DNA from: a virus
Lineage: Duplodnaviria > Caudoviricetes
IMG/VR virus record: IMGVR_UViG_3300017589_000255
Span: 1-43,926 of that record
DNA length: 43,926 nt
Strand: one strand, 5' to 3'
In this document: positions 37,330 to 43,926 of the stretch, one piece after another
How the letters are laid out: each line of letters opens with the position of its first letter
How positions within the stretch are numbered: position 1 is the stretch's first letter
Notes under the pieces: generated by a model
Told to the model about the DNA's origin: nothing
Databases searched by the model: none
The model's input: only the letters and a program-made list of their open reading frames with translations
Program-made: the position numbers and the translations under genes

Positions 37330-37947
37330 ATGAGTGACGCTTTACTTCCGACAACAACAACTACCATAAATTCGCCTGTGGTCTATACACAGACCGCTCC
37401 GAATAGCAAACAGTTTTTTGGTGAAGTTGGTGCCGTAAATACTAATATTACTCAAATAATCTCAACCACGGGCGAAGTAACAAATATAAATTTAAGCACT
37501 GAGTACTGCAATATCTTTGTTGTTAAAGACGAATGTTTTAGTGGGATTATTGGTAATTTTAATATTCCTAAGTGTAAAGTAATGAGGAGAAACACTGATT
37601 CAGAAATTTGTTTACGGTTTGGACGACTGGGTACTGATTTTATTGAAGAAATTAAAACATTTCCTTCTTTATTTATGGATATCAATCACGATTACAGACG
37701 GTGTGCTAATCCGGCTCAAATATTTTTCTATGGAATTGTCACTAGCATTATAGAACAAAAGAAATTTTATCGAATTGGATACCAAAAACTTTCTTATCAG
37801 CCTCTTTTGCAGCAACAGCTAAACGATAATGCTATTCTTATTGGCTTGAATACAGATAATGGTCAAGATACTTTAGATGAAACAGGCTGGAAAATTAAAA
37901 AAATAGACATACGAAAAGCATTGATTAATGTAGGCATTTATTTATAA
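37330..37947 (+). CDS. Hypothetical protein with N-terminal motif shared with the upstream protein
   Basis: 205 aa, RBS GAGG; VYTQTAPNSKQFFGEVG. Confidence 0.8.
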   Translation: MSDALLPTTTTTINSPVVYTQTAPNSKQFFGEVGAVNTNITQIISTTGEVTNINLSTEYCNIFVVKDECFSGIIGNFNIPKCKVMRRNTDSEICLRFGRLGTDFIEEIKTFPSLFMDINHDYRRCANPAQIFFYGIVTSIIEQKKFYRIGYQKLSYQPLLQQQLNDNAILIGLNTDNGQDTLDETGWKIKKIDIRKALINVGIYL

Positions 37948-37980
37948 ATGAAGAATTAGCGACTAACTGGCAAAGTAAAA

Positions 37981-38067
37981 TAATGTTTCTGTGAAGAAGG
38001 ATATAATGTACATTTCCACACGCAAATCAGCAATAAAAAAATGCATCAAATTATCACAGAAACATTA
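37981..38067. repeat. Perfect 14-bp inverted repeat around a 59-bp spacer
   Basis: TAATGTTTCTGTGA / TCACAGAAACATTA. Confidence 0.8.
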
Positions 38068-38157
38068 ACGAGGCCTTCCGAGATTTGATTTTATTAATGA
38101 ATGAGTAATATATAGATGTACAATGTGTTCAAATTTGAATTAGAGAGGGAAATGACG

Positions 38158-40419
38158 ATGAGTAAATACAAATCTGTTATTGAAAAAATAACTGTTAATG
38201 ATGCCACGTTTAAAGAAAGCAGTGAGCGTGAGTTTACTCCGTCATGGATTAACTTCTTTTATGGAAACAATGGTACGGGTAAATCAACAATTGCTCGCAC
38301 CATTAAGAAAGCCGACAGTTTATCATGGAAAGATAATAAATCTCCCAATGATTTTAATGTTTTAGTTTTCAATAAAGATTTCATCGTAAAAGAAATGAAA
38401 TTTGATGATGAAACCCCACTCATGCCGGGAGTTTTAATGCTTGGTAAAGATAAAATTGAAACACAAAAGTTAGTAGAAGAAAAACAGGAACAACAAAATC
38501 AATTGGATACAAAAATTCAAAGTGAGATTAATGAAAGAACAAAAAAACAGACTACAAAAAGCACTTTGCAAAAACGTTTTGAAGATGCTTGTTGGAAAGC
38601 GGCGAAACGATACAAGGAGTCCTTTGGCGGAGGAAAAGGAGATTTTCGAACACAAGCCTTATGTAGTGCTAAAGTCTGCAAAACTGTTGCTGTCGAGCAT
38701 GATTTTGACAAGTTAAAATCACTATACGATACCGCTACAGACCCAAATGCAAAGAGATATGACATATTGGAGCTATTAAATTTGTCAAAACTGGTTGCCG
38801 TAGAAAGCTATGCTCTGCTTGAACAACCAATTGTAAGCACAGCTGATAATGTATATAGCCGTTTCTGGGAAGCGATAAATGCTATCGATTGGGTTAAGCA
38901 GGGGCAAGATCGATTTTCAAATATTACTGATGGTAAATGCCCTTATTGCCAGCAAGGTTTGCCGCAAAAATTTGAAGAACAACTTGCAGCTTGTTTTGAC
39001 CGTAAGTATTCAGAAGATTGTGCAAAAATGGCGGATTTTGGACAAAAATATGCCAGTTATATGATAGCTTTTATTGAAACTGTTCGAAGGTATATAGCGT
39101 ACATACCGCAAGAGTTTGGCGATTTACAAGTATATAAAGATAATTTAGCATTACTTGAAAAAACATTAGAAGTAAATAAACAAAGAATTTATTCGAAAAT
39201 TGAAAAACCGTCAGAATCAATTAATCTTGACAGTGCAAAGCAGTATCTTGAGGAGATTAATAAGCTAATTGAGAATACAAACCATTTATTTAATAAGAAT
39301 AATAGAATTTATGACAACAAAGAAAAAAGTCAAGAAATTTGTATGAATAAGGTATGGGAGTTACTATCTTTTGAGTTACAAAATGTAACAAAGAAATATT
39401 TTATTGATGATAAGTCATTAGAAAACGAAATAAAAACTATTAGCGAACAAATTGATGCTGAAAAACGAACTTTAGCCAATATAAAAAGCGAAATCAGCAG
39501 ATTAACAGACAGACTTGGTGGGTCAGTGGCTACAATCGATAAAATAAATAATTTGTTAGCAAAATCAGGCTTTCAAGGGTTTACTTTACGCGAACACGAT
39601 AAAATACCAGATAAATATGTGGTTGTTCGTAATGATGGGAGTACTGCTAAGGATTTGAGCGAAGGCGAGCGCAATTTCATAGCTTTTTTATATTTTTATT
39701 ATCTCGTTCAAGGAGCATGGAAAAAAGATGACCTTATAAAGGGTAAAATCGTTGTGATTGATGACCCTGTATCAAGTATGGACAGTGCAGTACTGTTTAT
39801 TGTTTCGTCCTTGGTGCGGAAATTAATCAATGATTGTTTTTACGATGGAAAATCACACAATATTAAACAAATTTTCATATTGACGCATAATCCATATTTC
39901 CATAAAGAGGTATCATTCGATAGACTAAATAATGAACATGCAACCTATTGCAAAGTGTCATTCTATGAAGTCAAGAAGATTGATAATAATGTATCGGTTG
40001 TGAAGTTATGCGAACATGAAAGCAATGGATCCGACCCAGATGTTGAATGGGAGAATTATTCGCCTGTTCAAAATTCATATACTGCATTATGGAACGAATA
40101 CAAAGACGCAAAATTGCCTACGACACTGTTAAGTATAATACATCGCATTATAGAATATCATTTCATTCAGCTTTGCAGCTATAGTATTGATGAGTTACGT
40201 ACTAGAGTTTTGAAATATTTTGATAGTGATGTTACAAAGCAGAACCTCGCCAAAGATATGCTTAGATTTATATACGAGCCAATTGATACTATACATAATA
40301 TCAGTGATGGCATCTACTTTACAGCAAACAATGATAACGAAACATACAAAAAAGTCTTTAAAGCTATTTTTGATGCAATGGGGCAAGAACAGCATTATAG
40401 AAAAATGTCTGGCGAATGA
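38158..40419 (+). CDS. RloC-like (AAA_13) ABC ATPase with coiled coil, zinc hook and possible HEPN-like C-terminus
   Basis: GNNGTGKS, CPYC, LSEGE, VVIDDPVSSMD, ILTHN. Confidence 0.8.
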   Translation: MSKYKSVIEKITVNDATFKESSEREFTPSWINFFYGNNGTGKSTIARTIKKADSLSWKDNKSPNDFNVLVFNKDFIVKEMKFDDETPLMPGVLMLGKDKIETQKLVEEKQEQQNQLDTKIQSEINERTKKQTTKSTLQKRFEDACWKAAKRYKESFGGGKGDFRTQALCSAKVCKTVAVEHDFDKLKSLYDTATDPNAKRYDILELLNLSKLVAVESYALLEQPIVSTADNVYSRFWEAINAIDWVKQGQDRFSNITDGKCPYCQQGLPQKFEEQLAACFDRKYSEDCAKMADFGQKYASYMIAFIETVRRYIAYIPQEFGDLQVYKDNLALLEKTLEVNKQRIYSKIEKPSESINLDSAKQYLEEINKLIENTNHLFNKNNRIYDNKEKSQEICMNKVWELLSFELQNVTKKYFIDDKSLENEIKTISEQIDAEKRTLANIKSEISRLTDRLGGSVATIDKINNLLAKSGFQGFTLREHDKIPDKYVVVRNDGSTAKDLSEGERNFIAFLYFYYLVQGAWKKDDLIKGKIVVIDDPVSSMDSAVLFIVSSLVRKLINDCFYDGKSHNIKQIFILTHNPYFHKEVSFDRLNNEHATYCKVSFYEVKKIDNNVSVVKLCEHESNGSDPDVEWENYSPVQNSYTALWNEYKDAKLPTTLLSIIHRIIEYHFIQLCSYSIDELRTRVLKYFDSDVTKQNLAKDMLRFIYEPIDTIHNISDGIYFTANNDNETYKKVFKAIFDAMGQEQHYRKMSGE

Positions 40420-40613
40420 GAATTGTTTGTGGTTTATGTATAAAAAGCGAGAGTTAGTGCTAAATCGGAGTCTAGCATTCAGCGCTACCACGTTTTAGCC
40501 CCTGACCAGCCCAAGCACAACAATTGTTGCACATTCGTAGACCCGCTCTAGCGACGCGGATGAGCGCAAGGTTAACGATAATTTTAACAAATAAAAACAA
40601 GGGTGTGATAAAT

Positions 40614-41609
40614 ATGGATTACAAATATTATTTAAAAAGATGTGGCTTTCAGGAACTAGGCAGCGTTGGAATTGATGGTAAAGTTAACAGGGGCAGATAT
40701 CTCTTAACTTCAATGAATGAAGAGGTTTTGAGCTTTTTCCCTCCACTGTCTATTACTCAATTAAATGACTATGCTTTGCTGCCAGTAATTCCTTTATATT
40801 CTGGTAAAAAGGTTTATTGCAACTATGTTTACCATAATGATAAATTTCATAATTCAACAGCTGCACATAAAAGAAACGAATATCGAATTTATTTAAATAA
40901 GACCTTAGAAGAGAATAAATTATTATTCCATGCAGATGATATTATGGTTATGCGTAAAGATACTATAGATGACGAAGACGGGGATCCTCAAATTGTATAT
41001 TTATTGGATTTGGTACAGGATCATCAATCGATGATTTACAAGGCTTTAAATTCAGAAATTGGAAAATTCCCCACCCGTGGCGGATATGGAATATATAACG
41101 GCGTAATTTCCGAGTTTGAATCAAAGGTATCTGCAATAAAAAATGTTAATGAAGCAGAAGTTGTGATTGATGCAACCGTTACCGATAGGTTTAAAAGTAC
41201 TGACTCTAAAGCACTTGAAAACTTATTTAATGCCTCGACATTCAGAGATTTTGTTATGGTTGGCTATAGCAACCTTTGTGCAATAACGGGTACAGTGATA
41301 AAATATGATAATTATATGAACCTTGAGGCGGCACATATTAAACCTAAAAGCCACGGCGGACTTTTTTTGCCTAATAATGGCATGGCACTTTGTCGAGATT
41401 TGCACTGGGCATTCGATAAAGGTTTTTTCACGTTAACTAAAAATTTAGAGGTGATGGTACATCCCAAAACTACAAGTGACTATCTTAGATCATTTGAAGG
41501 TAGGCAAATTCGGCTACCATCCGATGCTTTTTTTATTCCCAATTTAGATAATGTATATTACCACAACAAAGAAGTGTACGGATTGTTTTTAACAACAGGA
41601 AGATTATAA
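40614..41609 (+). CDS. HNH endonuclease, putative restriction enzyme
   Basis: CAITG...LEAAHIKP...NGMALCRDLHWAFDKG; upstream of two methylases. Confidence 0.85.
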   Translation: MDYKYYLKRCGFQELGSVGIDGKVNRGRYLLTSMNEEVLSFFPPLSITQLNDYALLPVIPLYSGKKVYCNYVYHNDKFHNSTAAHKRNEYRIYLNKTLEENKLLFHADDIMVMRKDTIDDEDGDPQIVYLLDLVQDHQSMIYKALNSEIGKFPTRGGYGIYNGVISEFESKVSAIKNVNEAEVVIDATVTDRFKSTDSKALENLFNASTFRDFVMVGYSNLCAITGTVIKYDNYMNLEAAHIKPKSHGGLFLPNNGMALCRDLHWAFDKGFFTLTKNLEVMVHPKTTSDYLRSFEGRQIRLPSDAFFIPNLDNVYYHNKEVYGLFLTTGRL

Positions 41610-41624
41610 GGAGATAAAATACAT

Positions 41625-42689
41625 ATGAACGCAATCGACCTGTTTGCAGGATGCGGAGGATTATCAAAAGGCTTTATGGACGCAGGATATAATATTATTG
41701 TTGGAGTTGATAATGATCAAGCAGCATTAAATACTTTTGTAAAAAACCATAATGGAGCTATAGCATTAAATGCTGATCTGTCCAAACAAGAAACTTTTGA
41801 TCAAATTAAAAAAATTGCAGGAAAGCGAAATATTGATGTTATTATTGCAGGACCACCATGCCAAGGCTTTTCGCTTAGTGGGCCACGAAACTTTGATGAC
41901 GAAAGGAATAAATTGTATTTAGCTGTTTTTGAAACGGTTTTGAAATATCAACCTAAAGGGTTTATTATCGAGAATGTTCCGGGAATGTCAACCTTATATA
42001 ATGGAGAAATAAAAAAGGAAATTCTTAAGCGATTTAAAAACCTTGGGTATAATGTTGAATGTCGAATTTTATGTTCGGCAGATTATGGAGTTCCTCAAAT
42101 ACGAAAACGTCTTATTTTTATGGGAGTCCGAAAAGATATAGGCGTTCCAACATTTCCAAACCCGATTTATGAACCTAAAAATTATCTCACCTGCCGTGAT
42201 GCTATAAGTGATCTGCCTCCCTTAGATAACGATTTAGGGCAAGATGAATGCAATTATTTAAAATGTTCACTGACGAAATATCAAAAGAAGATGAGAAAAA
42301 GTAATACAATATTATATAATCATGTTGCAACTAACCACACGCAAATGGTAAAAGAAACTATTGTGCTAGTCCCAGAAGGCGGAAACTATAAGGATTTACC
42401 GAGTGGAGTTGGTGAAAGTCGAAAATTCAATGAAGCTTGGACAAGGTATCATGGTGACAAACCTTCCCGAACTATTGATACCGGACACCGTAATCATTTT
42501 CACTATGAGCAAAACAGAGTGCCTACGGTTAGAGAAAATGCAAGACTCCAATCATTTCCAGATGATTTTGTGTTTCTTGGAACAAGAACTCAACAATATA
42601 GGCAAGTAGGAAATGCTGTGCCACCGCTTTTAGGCTATTATTTGGGCATTCAGTTAAAAAGCATTATCGAACACGGAAAAGAGGACTAG
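41625..42689 (+). CDS. DNA cytosine-5 methyltransferase
   Basis: DLFAGCGG, GPPCQGFS, ENVPG, PQIRKR, RLQSFPD, GNAVPP. Confidence 0.95.
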   Translation: MNAIDLFAGCGGLSKGFMDAGYNIIVGVDNDQAALNTFVKNHNGAIALNADLSKQETFDQIKKIAGKRNIDVIIAGPPCQGFSLSGPRNFDDERNKLYLAVFETVLKYQPKGFIIENVPGMSTLYNGEIKKEILKRFKNLGYNVECRILCSADYGVPQIRKRLIFMGVRKDIGVPTFPNPIYEPKNYLTCRDAISDLPPLDNDLGQDECNYLKCSLTKYQKKMRKSNTILYNHVATNHTQMVKETIVLVPEGGNYKDLPSGVGESRKFNEAWTRYHGDKPSRTIDTGHRNHFHYEQNRVPTVRENARLQSFPDDFVFLGTRTQQYRQVGNAVPPLLGYYLGIQLKSIIEHGKED

Positions 42690-42693
42690 ATAA

Positions 42694-43926
42694 ATGGTTA
42701 ATACAATAGATTTGTTTGCTGGATGTGGTGGTTTAACAGAGGGGTTCAAACAATCAGGTCATTATAATACAGTTGCTTGTGTAGAATGGGATAAAGCACC
42801 TTGCGACAATCTTCGGCACCATTTAGAAAGTAAGTGGCACTATAAAGATGTTAATCAAAGAGTATTGAGATTTGATATTCAACGAGTAAATGAATTACTA
42901 AACGGATGGAACGATACCGAATATGGGCAATCCAAAGGATTGGATTCACTAGTTTCCGAGTATGGTGGAGTTGTAGATCTCATAATAGGCGGACCACCAT
43001 GTCAGGCATATTCCGTTGCTGGTCGCATACGAGATCAAAACGCGATGAAAGACGATTACAGGAATTATTTGTTTGAAAGCTATCTAACTATAGTGGAACA
43101 CTACAAGCCCAAGGCATTTGTTTTTGAAAATGTGCCAGGGATGTTGAGTGCAAGACCGGGTGATGGATCAGAAAAAATCGTCGATGTAATTCATCGACAA
43201 TTTTCAGAAGCAGGTTATGTACTATTAGATGATTTGAGCAATGCGATTATTGATTTCACTGAATATGGAATTCCGCAAAATCGAAAGCGACTTATAATCT
43301 TAGGAGTAAGTCGTGAAACCTATGGAGAATCCGCTAAAACATTGCTTCGCGAGTTTTACAACTCTGTTCTGCCAAGTAAAAGGGTGGCTAAAAAGCGTAC
43401 TGTACGCGATGCTATAGGTGATTTGCCAAAAATGTACCCACTAAATGCTCCAATTCGTGTTAACGGAAAACAATTCTCACATTCATTTGCTGGAACAGAT
43501 AAATATGCGAATCATTTTACTCGATATAACAGTGCACGGGAAATTGAGATATTTAAGCTGTTAACAAATGATATACAAAACGGATCTCATAAATACACAT
43601 CAACTGAATCCCTAAAGGAATTGTACACTCAAACAACTGGAAAAGAATCTAATATCCACAAATATCACGTGCTCCGTTGGGATGAACAAAGCAACACAAT
43701 ACCTGCACATCTTTATAAGGACGGATTGCGCCATATTCATCCCGACCCTGAGCAAGCACGTTCGATTAGTGTCAGAGAGGCTGCACGGTTACAAGCTTTC
43801 CCGGATAATTATGAATTCATCACGGGTACTGCTTTGGAATTTAAAATGATTGGAAATGCAGTTCCTCCTCTGTTTGCGAAAATCTTAGGAGACAGTGTTT
43901 TTGAACTACTATTTGCTGAAAAATAG
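42694..43926 (+). CDS. DNA cytosine-5 methyltransferase, second
   Basis: DLFAGCGG, GPPCQAYS, ENVPG, PQNRKR, RLQAFPD, GNAVPP. Confidence 0.95.
   Translation: MVNTIDLFAGCGGLTEGFKQSGHYNTVACVEWDKAPCDNLRHHLESKWHYKDVNQRVLRFDIQRVNELLNGWNDTEYGQSKGLDSLVSEYGGVVDLIIGGPPCQAYSVAGRIRDQNAMKDDYRNYLFESYLTIVEHYKPKAFVFENVPGMLSARPGDGSEKIVDVIHRQFSEAGYVLLDDLSNAIIDFTEYGIPQNRKRLIILGVSRETYGESAKTLLREFYNSVLPSKRVAKKRTVRDAIGDLPKMYPLNAPIRVNGKQFSHSFAGTDKYANHFTRYNSAREIEIFKLLTNDIQNGSHKYTSTESLKELYTQTTGKESNIHKYHVLRWDEQSNTIPAHLYKDGLRHIHPDPEQARSISVREAARLQAFPDNYEFITGTALEFKMIGNAVPPLFAKILGDSVFELLFAEK

Noticed and set aside
37981-38067. Retron ncRNA (a1/a2 inverted repeats)
   Set aside because: No reverse transcriptase in the window.
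3402-40613. Long N-terminal extensions in the ORF track (3602, 13991, 17890, 20495, 31358, 40524)
   Set aside because: They overlap neighbouring genes or non-coding elements; better starts with RBS lie downstream.
1-43926. attL/attR, tRNA, rRNA or IS transposase
   Set aside because: None recognised by eye; the left prophage end lies outside the window, so att repeats cannot be paired.

Overview
The window is dominated by an AT-rich, Clostridia-type siphovirus-like prophage on the minus strand (about 1-36100). In plus-strand order it runs: tyrosine integrase (cut by the window edge), excisionase, amidase, holin, tail, HK97-type head, portal, large terminase, amidoligase/GGCT, two DNA methyltransferases, small terminase, HNH, a late activator and a replication module (SNF2 helicase, VRR-NUC, P4-type primase, Rha, family A DNA polymerase, SSB, Cas4-like exonuclease, sigma70-region-4-like regulator). 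Morons inside the late operon are a Phd/RelE-type toxin-antitoxin pair, a low-GC membrane protein and an SdpR/SdpI cassette. A divergent plus-strand block (36435-43926) looks like a defence locus: two hypothetical proteins, an RloC-like zinc-hook ABC ATPase, an HNH endonuclease and two C5 methyltransferases. The prophage appears to be decaying (two in-frame stops, several frameshifts or deletions), although assembly error cannot be excluded. Most notable observations: (1) the C-terminus of one hypothetical protein and the N-terminus of the next share a 17-aa N/Q-rich motif, an arrangement typical of homotypic amyloid-signalling pairs, just upstream of the RloC-like/R-M genes; (2) about 20-bp hairpin insertions with shared ends and loop but different stems sit inside portal and terminase, with other small hairpins in the polymerase and methylase; (3) an overprinted second protein lies inside a multi-TRD C5 methylase; (4) several structured non-coding elements are present. 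All family assignments come from motif recognition by eye; no database search was run.
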